Shown here in pieces: positions 38,355-46,812 of a DNA stretch of 64,000 nucleotides. Source of the stretch: a virus; IMG/VR virus record IMGVR_UViG_3300032087_004567. One strand, written 5' to 3'. The first letter of the stretch is position 1; the number at the start of each line of letters is the position of its first letter. Made by a program: the position numbers and the translations under genes. A model generated the notes under the pieces. The model had not been told where the DNA came from. It searched no databases and worked only from the letters and a program-made list of their open reading frames with translations.

Positions 38355-38849
38355 ATGAATTATTCGTATAGTATGATGGCTAGAGCAATACATGGTATTT
38401 GTAGTAATGTAGAAGCATCTAAAATAAAATTTGATTATATTGTAGGATTATCAAGAGGTGGGTTAGTACCTGCGGTAAGATTATCACATTGTTTAAATTT
38501 AGATCTTGTACCATTAAGATGGTCATTACGTGATCATAAGGCAAGAGATGTAAGAATACTTTCTAATATTCTAAGCGATCTAACTGAAGGTAAAAAAATA
38601 TTAATGGTAGATGATCTTATTGATTCAGGTGAATCAATTGATGTAATGTTACATCAGATGGCAAGAATAAGAGGTCAATTACAATTTAATTTATTTGATA
38701 AAACTTGGGAAAATAATTTAGATATTGCAGTATTATTATTTAATACTGATCAAAAGAAAGTAAGACGTCCTAGGTTTGCATATGAAAATTTTAGTAGAAA
38801 AGAACGTCCTGAATGGATTAATTTTTGGTGGGAGGCAAAAGCAGCATGA
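38355..38849 (+). CDS. Type I purine phosphoribosyltransferase (gpt-like)
   Basis: IVGLSRGGLVPA, PRPP loop ILMVDDLIDSGES, C-term WI.FWWE. Confidence 0.85.
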   Translation: MNYSYSMMARAIHGICSNVEASKIKFDYIVGLSRGGLVPAVRLSHCLNLDLVPLRWSLRDHKARDVRILSNILSDLTEGKKILMVDDLIDSGESIDVMLHQMARIRGQLQFNLFDKTWENNLDIAVLLFNTDQKKVRRPRFAYENFSRKERPEWINFWWEAKAA

Positions 38850-39343
38850 AATGGTATAGTACAAAAACGTATGGTAATGATCAAGGATTAAGTTGTTGTT
38901 TTAGACAATGGAAAGCTGATCATAGTCATTGTTCGTTAATACATGGTTATAGTTTAGGTTTTAAATTAGTATTTGAATGCGATAAATTAGATGCTAGAAA
39001 CTGGGTAATGGACTTTGGAGGATTAAAAGATCTTAAAGAATGGTTAAAGTATATGTTCGATCATACTTTGGTTATAGCTGAAAGTGATCCAAAGTATGAT
39101 GAGTTAGAAAGATTAGGTAAGATAGGTCTTGCTGATGTTAGAGTAGTAGATGCAGTTGGAGCTGAAAAGTTTGCAGAATTAGTCTTTCGTAAGATGACTG
39201 AAATATTAGATAAAGCAAGAGAGGATGGTAAGTTACTTAATCCTTCAGTTAAGGTGAAGAGTGTAGAATGTTTTGAGCATGGTGCTAATTCTGCAATCTT
39301 TGAAGAAGATAATGTAGAAAGTGAATTTGGGACTTTATTATGA
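38846..39343 (+). CDS. queD: 6-carboxytetrahydropterin synthase
   Basis: HCSLIHGY, WVMDFGGLK, FDH, E.FA, E...NSA. Confidence 0.88.
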   Translation: MKWYSTKTYGNDQGLSCCFRQWKADHSHCSLIHGYSLGFKLVFECDKLDARNWVMDFGGLKDLKEWLKYMFDHTLVIAESDPKYDELERLGKIGLADVRVVDAVGAEKFAELVFRKMTEILDKAREDGKLLNPSVKVKSVECFEHGANSAIFEEDNVESEFGTLL

Positions 39344-40023
39344 GTTGCTGGGAAAAGATAACTGAAAAAATGATTAAAGATGGCCATAGATTCTATGCTG
39401 CCGATAATGTATCTAAGTATATTGAACCACATGAAAAAGAAATACTAATTGATGAATGTACTAGAGCGTTTGAGTTTGTTCTTGATAGTTTATTAGTAGA
39501 TAGAAAGAACGATCCTAATAGTCAAGGTACTGCAAGACGATTAGCTAAGATGTATTATAATGAAATATTTGCAGGTAGATATACTCCTACACCTAATGCT
39601 ACTGCATTTCCTAACACTGGTGATGACAAGTATGACGGTATGTTAGTGGTAAGGGCAGAGTTAAGATCTATTTGTTCGCATCATCATCAACCTGTAAAGG
39701 GTGTTGCTTATATTGCAATTATACCTAATGAAAAGTTAATTGGTTTATCTAAGTATGTTAGACTTGCACAACATCTTGCAAGACGTGGTACATTGCAAGA
39801 AGAGTTATGTAATAGAATAGTAAATAGTATTCGTGAGGCTACTGGTTCAGATGATGTAGCTGTTTATATTTCTGCAACACATGGTTGTATGGAAAATAGA
39901 GGTATTAATGCTACTTCATCTCTTACTCAAACTACTAGATTAAGCGGTCAATTCCATGATCCTGATGTTAAGAAAGAGTTCTTTGATAATATTGCACTAC
40001 AGCAATCGTATGGTGAGAAGTAG
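39340..40023 (+). CDS. folE: GTP cyclohydrolase I
   Basis: T..R.AKMY, S.CSHH..P..G, GLSK..R, QEEL, HGCM..RG. Confidence 0.92.
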   Translation: MSCWEKITEKMIKDGHRFYAADNVSKYIEPHEKEILIDECTRAFEFVLDSLLVDRKNDPNSQGTARRLAKMYYNEIFAGRYTPTPNATAFPNTGDDKYDGMLVVRAELRSICSHHHQPVKGVAYIAIIPNEKLIGLSKYVRLAQHLARRGTLQEELCNRIVNSIREATGSDDVAVYISATHGCMENRGINATSSLTQTTRLSGQFHDPDVKKEFFDNIALQQSYGEK

Positions 40024-40052
40024 TTGATTTAATTTAGGAAATATATTATAAT
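40024..40052 (+). promoter_or_regulatory. Sigma70-like early/middle promoter inside the deazaguanine cluster
   Basis: TTGATT-N17-TATAAT. Confidence 0.7.
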
Positions 40053-40074
40053 ATTATTTTATTATGGAGGTAAT

Positions 40075-40335
40075 ATGATTAGTCAACTAAGTTCAAAAGC
40101 TAGAGTTAAACAAGATGGCATTGGTGAAGATACAATGCATACATTATGGGATTATCATGCTAGTGCTCATACAGATGAATATAGAGTTATGTGTAAAGAT
40201 GCTATTAAGAAGTCATCTGGTAAAAATGAGACTAAATCTAACGCATGTGATGCATTAGATAAAATGACATCTAAAACTAAAATGATGCAGTTTGTAACTA
40301 ATTATTTTCTTAAAGGTGAAGGAAGAGGTGTCTAA
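40075..40335 (+). CDS. Hypothetical protein
   Basis: Strong RBS ggagg; first ORF after the 40024 promoter. Confidence 0.65.
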   Translation: MISQLSSKARVKQDGIGEDTMHTLWDYHASAHTDEYRVMCKDAIKKSSGKNETKSNACDALDKMTSKTKMMQFVTNYFLKGEGRGV

Positions 40336-40688
40336 TGCCTAAGATGTATTTTGCAGAGTTTACCAAAGACAATAAAGTATTTCAAAAGTTTGGTCATACA
40401 GGTCATAACGATGCAATGATAAGACTTAATAATATTACAAAAGAATATCCGCAGTTTAAGGCAAGAGTCTTAGCTGCGGCATATCATAATGATATTACAA
40501 AGTGTCAAGGGGCAGAAGAAGCTTTTAAATGTATGTACCCTAAGAATTTTTGGTTAGAAGAAAAAATATCTGGTATTACCGAATGTGTTGTATTAGATCA
40601 ATCGACTAGAAATTCTGTTATTCAAGCAGTGAGAAAATTGAATACTAAATTTAAGGAGGAGTGTTTTGGCAATCAAGATAGCGCATGA
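40335..40688 (+). CDS. GIY-YIG superfamily (T5orf172/MUG113-like) putative nuclease
   Basis: Y......KFGHT......R...E......SGITEC resembles the Y..KIG.T...R...E...G.TE.F pattern. Confidence 0.5.
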   Translation: MPKMYFAEFTKDNKVFQKFGHTGHNDAMIRLNNITKEYPQFKARVLAAAYHNDITKCQGAEEAFKCMYPKNFWLEEKISGITECVVLDQSTRNSVIQAVRKLNTKFKEECFGNQDSA

Positions 40689-41508
40689 ATGTCCCTTAGG
40701 AGTTTTTTATAGAGTTCAAGAACTTACTGATTATGATTATGCATTAGTTCATTTATTTGAAGAGTCAGAAGAATACTATAATAAATTTCTTATGGCTAAA
40801 ATGGCAGGTAGAGAAATTATTTTAGATAATTCTATATTTGAATTAGGTGAGGCATTTGATGCAGAGAAGTATGCATATTGGATAGAAAAGCTTAAACCTG
40901 ATTGGTATATAGTACCTGATAGTTTAGAGAATAAAAATGAAACTATTTCTAACTATGAAAACTGGATTAAGAATTATAATGACTTACCTGGTAAAAAGAT
41001 TGGAGTTGTACAAGGTAAAAATTATGATGAGGCAGTTGATTGTTATAAATATTTTTCTGTAGCGCCATATTGTGAAAAGGTAGCAATATCATTTGACTAT
41101 TCTTTTTACGAGACTATGAATCATAACTTAGAGTTTCCAACTAAGTATCATGCATGGTGTTTAGGTAGACAAGTATTTTTAGATAGGTTAATTAGAGATG
41201 ATTGGATTAATTATAAGAGACCTCATCATTTACTTGGTTGTAGTTTACCTCAAGAGTTTTTATACTATAAAACGAACGATAAGTTTAGATTTATAGAATC
41301 TTTAGATACTTCTAATCCAGTAGTTGCAGGATTAAAGGGGATAGTTTATAATGATACTATGGGTTTAGATGATAAACCTTCAGAAAAATTATATACGATG
41401 ATTGAGAGTGATGTGAGTAAAAATACGCTCAGTCTTATTGAAAAAAATATAGATGCATTTAGGAGAATATGTAATGAACTGGGTAGCGCTTTTCAGTCAA
41501 ACGGGTAG
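40666..41508 (+). CDS. dpdA: TGT/DpdA-like TIM-barrel 7-deazaguanine transglycosylase/transferase (DpdA3-like)
   Basis: IILDNSIFE, VPD, GVVQG, HHLLG and SLDTS correspond to TGT-family DSGGF / GIVQG / LG / catalytic D strands. No Zn-binding tail. TTG start with RBS aggagga; lies within the que cluster. Confidence 0.65.
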   Translation: MAIKIAHECPLGVFYRVQELTDYDYALVHLFEESEEYYNKFLMAKMAGREIILDNSIFELGEAFDAEKYAYWIEKLKPDWYIVPDSLENKNETISNYENWIKNYNDLPGKKIGVVQGKNYDEAVDCYKYFSVAPYCEKVAISFDYSFYETMNHNLEFPTKYHAWCLGRQVFLDRLIRDDWINYKRPHHLLGCSLPQEFLYYKTNDKFRFIESLDTSNPVVAGLKGIVYNDTMGLDDKPSEKLYTMIESDVSKNTLSLIEKNIDAFRRICNELGSAFQSNG

Positions 41509-41998
41509 TGAAATAGATACTCTAAGTAGAAATCTAAATCAAAAACCTGATCAAATACTTACTAACAATAAAGACTATGATGGACCTTTAGAAGTTACAA
41601 AAGGTACACATAAAGAATTAATGGATATGTTAGAGGAGTTAGATCCTTATACTTTAGTTACTTTACATGGTTATTTAAGAATAATACCTGAACGTATTAC
41701 CTCCCATTGTAAAAGAATGTATAACGGTCATCCTGCTCTTGCTAATGTATATCCTGAACTAAGAGGATTAGATCCACAAAAGAGAACATGGCAGAATATA
41801 GAAAGATATGCTGCGGTTGGATCTATTGTTCATCATGTAATACCCGAGGTAGATGCAGGGGACGTAGTTGCATATGAATCTATTGTAATACCACATAGTG
41901 ACTATACAGAAGAGGCGTTATATGGTGATTTAAGAACATGTTCAATAGTATCATGGAAGAAATTTTTAATGGAGTACTTTAATGAAAATCGGCATTAG
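41474..41998 (+). CDS. dpdN: Divergent PurN-like formyltransferase, putative preQ1 N-formyltransferase (DpdN-like)
   Basis: ALFSQTGSEI, LHGYLRII, N.HP.L and GS.VHHV..EVDAG retain the formyltransferase N/H/D catalytic residues with an altered substrate loop. Confidence 0.65.
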   Translation: MNWVALFSQTGSEIDTLSRNLNQKPDQILTNNKDYDGPLEVTKGTHKELMDMLEELDPYTLVTLHGYLRIIPERITSHCKRMYNGHPALANVYPELRGLDPQKRTWQNIERYAAVGSIVHHVIPEVDAGDVVAYESIVIPHSDYTEEALYGDLRTCSIVSWKKFLMEYFNENRH

Positions 41999-42503
41999 TG
42001 GTGTGCATGGTAGTGGTAAGACTACTTTACTTAATAATGAAATGTTTAGAAGTTGCACTAAATGCGATGAAGTAACTAGAACGGTTAAAAAAGAGTATAA
42101 CGTTGAGATAAACGAACAAGGTAATGATGTTACTCAGAAGTTAATTATGAGAGAACATATGGCAAATCTTATACTCAATAATAATATGGTAACTGATAGA
42201 ACTGTTATTGATTGTATGGCCTATACCCATTACCTTTATGATAATAAACAAGTAAGTAAAGATACGTTTAATTATATTTCTATGTGCTATAGTAAACTAG
42301 TTAAGAAATATGATCTTATATTTTATCTTGTACCAGTTGAAGATAAAATTGCCGATGATGGTGTTAGATCTACTAATGTAGAATTTAGAGATAAAATGAT
42401 AGAGTATTTTGAAAAGTATATTAATCATTTTAATGTAGTAAAGGTTAAAGGTGATTATAAAGAACGTATAAGGTTTTGTAGAGAAACTTTATGCTTATTT
42501 TAA
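41982..42503 (+). CDS. P-loop nucleotide kinase (AAA_28/NadR-like), putative dNMP kinase
   Basis: GVHGSGKTT, E..R, DRT..D..AY, YDLIFY, DDGVR. Confidence 0.75.
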   Translation: MKIGISGVHGSGKTTLLNNEMFRSCTKCDEVTRTVKKEYNVEINEQGNDVTQKLIMREHMANLILNNNMVTDRTVIDCMAYTHYLYDNKQVSKDTFNYISMCYSKLVKKYDLIFYLVPVEDKIADDGVRSTNVEFRDKMIEYFEKYINHFNVVKVKGDYKERIRFCRETLCLF

Positions 42504-42512
42504 AGGAGAAGA

Positions 42513-43442
42513 ATGGATAATCAAAAGAAACTTAACGAACTAGTAAGTGTTCATTTAGGTAAAGCCGGGGATGGTTCAGTAGTTAAACCTTATGTAACCC
42601 CTGATGAAGTTGATCCTAGTTTACTTGTAGGTGTACCTAGACAATTAAATAGAACGCAATATGATTTAGATGATGGCAATCTACCTTTCGTCGGTTACGA
42701 CGTATGGAACGGCTATGAATTTTCAACTTTACTTACTAGTGGGTTTCCTGTATCGGGATGGGTTAAGTTTAGCTATAGTTCAAGTACACCTTTTATTGTA
42801 GAAAGTAAATCGGTTAAACTTTATCTTAACTCTTTTAATATGGCAAAGATAATTGAGACTGAAAAAGATATAGAAGTTATAGAGACTAAAATTAAGAATG
42901 ATATAGGTGAGGTAGTAAAAGGTGATGTTGACGTTAGAGTGTTTATTGATCCTAAGGAAACAAAAGAACCTTTTAAGAAACCTTTCTATAGTATAGAAAA
43001 ATTAGTTGATGTAGAAAATATAAAGTTTGATCGTTATAATGAATCTGAAGACATACTAAAAATCATACCCATGGGTGAATGTCCGTTGAAAGGATATTAT
43101 AGATCCTATTCGTTACGTTCTAATTGTAGGGTAACTAATCAACCTGATTGGGGTGATGTATACATTTATATCAAAGGTGCTATGACGGTAAGTTTAGAGT
43201 CATTATTACAATATATTGTTTCTATGAGAAGAGAGAATCATTTTCATGAGGAAATATGTGAATGTATCTATAAACGATTACATGATCTATTGTCACCTAT
43301 TGAGTTATTTGTTGGTTGTTTATATACTAGACGTGGTGGGATTGATATTAATCCTATTAGGGCAACATCTATGGAAACTGTTAAGGCAGTAAGTAATATT
43401 CATAATGTAAATAGACCATCAACTAAGACTGCAAGACAATGA
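42513..43442 (+). CDS. queF: NADPH-dependent preQ0 reductase, bimodular type
   Basis: QueF motif ESKSVKLYLNSF; SNC..T.QPDWG; FHE; YTRRGGIDINP.R. Confidence 0.92.
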   Translation: MDNQKKLNELVSVHLGKAGDGSVVKPYVTPDEVDPSLLVGVPRQLNRTQYDLDDGNLPFVGYDVWNGYEFSTLLTSGFPVSGWVKFSYSSSTPFIVESKSVKLYLNSFNMAKIIETEKDIEVIETKIKNDIGEVVKGDVDVRVFIDPKETKEPFKKPFYSIEKLVDVENIKFDRYNESEDILKIIPMGECPLKGYYRSYSLRSNCRVTNQPDWGDVYIYIKGAMTVSLESLLQYIVSMRRENHFHEEICECIYKRLHDLLSPIELFVGCLYTRRGGIDINPIRATSMETVKAVSNIHNVNRPSTKTARQ

Positions 43443-43717
43443 TTGAATACAAATATAATGAACCTGAACATTTAGATAGTTTAAAGAAGTATATTGATAA
43501 TACCTATAATCAACATTATGCAAAAGGTAGTATACAGGCAACAGAATATATTATTGATTCGGGTTTAGGTAAAGGTTTTTGTATTGGGAATGTAATTAAG
43601 TATGCCTCCCGATATGGAAAGAAAGAGGGTAAGAATAAGAATGATTTATATAAAATCGTTCATTACATCATAATGGAACTAAATAGTTTAGATAAGGAAC
43701 AAAATGAATCTAAGTGA
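43439..43717 (+). CDS. DUF3310-like small helical protein
   Basis: YKYNE...YI..TY.QHY, GFC.GN..KY..RYGKK.G..DL.K..HY. Confidence 0.7.
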   Translation: MIEYKYNEPEHLDSLKKYIDNTYNQHYAKGSIQATEYIIDSGLGKGFCIGNVIKYASRYGKKEGKNKNDLYKIVHYIIMELNSLDKEQNESK

Positions 43718-44459
43718 GGCTTTAAACGTATTACCGGACACCGATAACAAAGTTCTATCTGTACATTCCGGAGGTATGGATTCTTCTATAATGACTATGT
43801 TGTTGGTAGAAAAATATGGTAAAGACAAAGTGGAGACTGTTTCTTATCGGTACGGTCAGAAACAGGCTGAAGAACTAGTAAGAGCGCAGGAGTTCTGCAG
43901 AACGTTAGGTATCTTAAGACATGAACTAGATCTAACCATCTTAGGTTATATTGCAAGAGAAATCTCCGCTAACATTGTAGAGAGTCATATTAAGATGCCA
44001 ACCATTAAAGAGGTACTAGGAGATCCTCAGCCTAAGACCTACGTACCGTTTAGAAACTTAATTCTACTTTCTATGACTCTTGCCCAGGCCGAGGCAAGAA
44101 ACTGTAATTATATATTTACCGGATTACAAGTACATGATGAATATGGCTACTGGGATACATCACAGAAGTTTGTTGATAGTATAAATGCTGTTGCCGATCA
44201 AAATAGAACGCATAAGGTAAAAATTATTGCACCCTTTAGTCATTTATCTAAGTATGATGAAATAAAATTATGCCAGGAGATGGGTAAAGAAGAGTTATTA
44301 GAACATACTCTAACGTGTTATAATCCTGATTCAGAAGGAAGATCATGCGGTGTATGTCCTTCTTGTTCTGAACGTATTGCTAATTTTATTAAAGCAGGGG
44401 TAAGAGATCCAATAGTGTATGTAAAAGATTTGCCGTGGACACAATTATTAAATAAATAG
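43704..44459 (+). CDS. queC: 7-cyano-7-deazaguanine synthase
   Basis: SGGMDS, YGQ, TYVPFRN, TCY...CG.C.SC..R zinc site. Confidence 0.93.
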   Translation: MNLSEALNVLPDTDNKVLSVHSGGMDSSIMTMLLVEKYGKDKVETVSYRYGQKQAEELVRAQEFCRTLGILRHELDLTILGYIAREISANIVESHIKMPTIKEVLGDPQPKTYVPFRNLILLSMTLAQAEARNCNYIFTGLQVHDEYGYWDTSQKFVDSINAVADQNRTHKVKIIAPFSHLSKYDEIKLCQEMGKEELLEHTLTCYNPDSEGRSCGVCPSCSERIANFIKAGVRDPIVYVKDLPWTQLLNK

Positions 44460-44463
44460 TTAT

Positions 44464-44997
44464 ATGGCAAAATATAATCATAGAACTATACATACAGTAT
44501 ATCTTGATATGGATGGGGTTCTATGTGATTTCGATTCATATTACAGATCAATATACGGGGTAAATTGCAGAGATGACGATAATGAAGATAATTGGTACGA
44601 GTTTGTCAATAATCAAGGATTTCAAGAGCTCGATAGAATGCCAGGTTACGATGATCTGTTTTCAATGCTCAACGAGCTGTATGTGGATATCGAGATTCTT
44701 TCCTGTATTACTAGTAGGAAGAATAATAAAGAGGTTGCAAAACAAAAAGTAGAATGGTTATTTAGAAATAGTTTAGAAAATAATGTAATTAACTTTACTA
44801 TAACAAAACAAGGTAAAGGTAATTATGCTAATCCAAATGTATTGCTGATTGATGATTCTGATGAATGTATTTCAGCATTTAAACAAAGTGGGGGGTATGC
44901 TTTAAAGTATACCGGTATTGATAAGCTAAAATTTGAGATTGAATATTTATTAAGTGAAGATATATTATGTGTGCGATCGTTGGGTCATTTCAGTTAG
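44464..44997 (+). CDS. HAD-family 5'(3')-deoxyribonucleotidase-like protein
   Basis: YLDMDGVL.DF, ILS, K..WL, K..YA, LIDD. Confidence 0.8.
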   Translation: MAKYNHRTIHTVYLDMDGVLCDFDSYYRSIYGVNCRDDDNEDNWYEFVNNQGFQELDRMPGYDDLFSMLNELYVDIEILSCITSRKNNKEVAKQKVEWLFRNSLENNVINFTITKQGKGNYANPNVLLIDDSDECISAFKQSGGYALKYTGIDKLKFEIEYLLSEDILCVRSLGHFS

Positions 44998-45590
44998 ATA
45001 AACTTAAAGAACTAATCAAGTTAAATTCCTATAGAGGTTCTCATTCATACTCTATATCGTTTTATGATATAGAAAATGGTACGTTGAATAATGTTATAAA
45101 AGACTTTGGTGAATTAGATGTTGATACTATAAGAATACCTTATGGTGATTATTGTATAGCACATATACAAGCGCCTACAACAACTAAAAAAGATAAAGAT
45201 TCAATTCATCCGGCAACTGTCGATGATTGTTATCTATGGCATAATGGTATAATAAAAGAAATGACAATTGAGAAGTTTAGTAAAGAGTATAATACTAAAT
45301 GGGATACTAAGTTACTACTTGAAGGAATTAAAAAAGTAGGTTATAATATACTCAATGAAATGGATGGTACGTTTAGTTGTTTAATGTATAAAGATAAGAA
45401 TTTATTATTATTTCGTAATGAAATATCTCCGATGTTTATAGATGATGATTTTAATATTTCATCAACGAAGTTTGATAATAGTAGAGAAACAGATCCTAAT
45501 AAAGTTATACAAATGGATCTAAAGAATAAAAGTCTACAAACAGTAGATAGATTTAAAACGTATTTTAACCCTTATTACTTTGGAGATTAA
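44967..45590 (+). CDS. Stand-alone class II (Ntn) glutamine amidotransferase
   Basis: N-terminal MC.I.G nucleophile, RG..S, H...PT, HP, WHNGII, DT, G.FS, FRN. Confidence 0.8.
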   Translation: MCAIVGSFQLDKLKELIKLNSYRGSHSYSISFYDIENGTLNNVIKDFGELDVDTIRIPYGDYCIAHIQAPTTTKKDKDSIHPATVDDCYLWHNGIIKEMTIEKFSKEYNTKWDTKLLLEGIKKVGYNILNEMDGTFSCLMYKDKNLLLFRNEISPMFIDDDFNISSTKFDNSRETDPNKVIQMDLKNKSLQTVDRFKTYFNPYYFGD

Positions 45591-45939
45591 TGTGAGTAAT
45601 TTTACAAGAATAAAAGAATGGTCTGATGAAAGACTTATTACCCAACAAGAACCTGATCGTAATGGTTTTATTTCTATGATAGTAGAAGAGTGTGGTGAGT
45701 TTTTAGCAGCTGAATCTACAGAAGGTAGAATAGATGCAATGGCCGATATGATTGTATTTTGTTATGGTGAAATAGCAAAGTATGGATATGATGGTGATAA
45801 AGTTATGGATGAGGTAATTAAAGAGATAAGTTCTCGTACTGGTTCATATAGTCCTGAAACTAAGAAGTGGCAAAAGGATAAATCTCCAGAAGCACAAGCA
45901 AAGTGGTATTCTGCTAATTTTAATAATTGTAAGTTATAA
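45580..45939 (+). CDS. MazG-like all-alpha NTP pyrophosphohydrolase (true start may be GTG 45592)
   Basis: EE..EF...DA..D...F acidic motif; SR.G......KW.K. Confidence 0.7.
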   Translation: MEINVSNFTRIKEWSDERLITQQEPDRNGFISMIVEECGEFLAAESTEGRIDAMADMIVFCYGEIAKYGYDGDKVMDEVIKEISSRTGSYSPETKKWQKDKSPEAQAKWYSANFNNCKL

Positions 45940-45948
45940 TGAAGAAAG

Positions 45949-46812
45949 GTGACTATGAAAATAGAAATTAATATTAATGAGCTGAGAAAGGCAAAGCTCT
46001 TTGTAGCTACTCCTATGTATGGTGGTCAATGTGCAGGGTTGTATACAAAGTCTATTGCCGATCTATCAGCATTATGTGCAAAGTATGGCTTGCAATTGCA
46101 ACTGTATTATTTGTTTAATGAGTCGTTGATTACTAGAGCTAGAAACTACTGCTGTGATGAGTTTCTAAGAAGTGGTGCAACACATTTACTATTCTTAGAT
46201 TCTGATATTGGTTTTAATCCGCATGATGTTATTGCTATGTTAACGTTAATGTTACAGAATCCTGGTAAGTTTGACATTATGGGTGCGCCTTATCCTAAGA
46301 AATGTATCTCATGGGAGAAGATTTTACAGGCGGTTAATAAAGGTGTTGCTGATGAGAATCCTAACGAGTTAGATAACTTTGTTGGTGATTTTGTATTTAA
46401 TCCTAAAGGTGGTGCACAAACTATACCATTAGGTGAACCTGCCGAGGTAATGGAGCTAGGTACTGGCTTTATGATGATACAGAGGGAAGTATTTAAGAAG
46501 TATGACGAGAAGTTTCCTGAGTTAAAATATAAACCTGATCATGTTCGTACTGAGCATTTTGATGGTACAAGAGAAATTATGGCATACTTTGATTGTATTA
46601 TCGATCCTAAGTCTAAGAGGTATCTATCTGAAGATTATATGTTCTGTTATAATGCTGAAAAGGCTGGTATTAGAACTTGGTTATGTCCTTGGATGAAAAC
46701 TACCCATGTTGGTTCTTATATGTTTGGTGGAAGCTTAAGCCATCTTGCAACTGTGGGGGCATCTGCTACTGCCGATCCTGGTAAACTTAAAAAGAAAGGT
46801 GCCATAAAATGA
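45949..46812 (+). CDS. GT-A fold glycosyltransferase
   Basis: FVATPMYGG, NESLITRARN, LFLDSDIGF (DxD), GTGFM.I.R, LSEDY.FC. Confidence 0.8.
   Translation: MTMKIEININELRKAKLFVATPMYGGQCAGLYTKSIADLSALCAKYGLQLQLYYLFNESLITRARNYCCDEFLRSGATHLLFLDSDIGFNPHDVIAMLTLMLQNPGKFDIMGAPYPKKCISWEKILQAVNKGVADENPNELDNFVGDFVFNPKGGAQTIPLGEPAEVMELGTGFMMIQREVFKKYDEKFPELKYKPDHVRTEHFDGTREIMAYFDCIIDPKSKRYLSEDYMFCYNAEKAGIRTWLCPWMKTTHVGSYMFGGSLSHLATVGASATADPGKLKKKGAIK

Noticed and set aside
37505-44459. que genes as simple auxiliary genes for host tRNA queuosine
   Set aside because: No queA/queG/queH is present, the TGT-like protein lacks the tRNA-TGT zinc domain, and the formyltransferase, kinase and nucleotide hydrolases fit DNA modification better. 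Not formally excluded.
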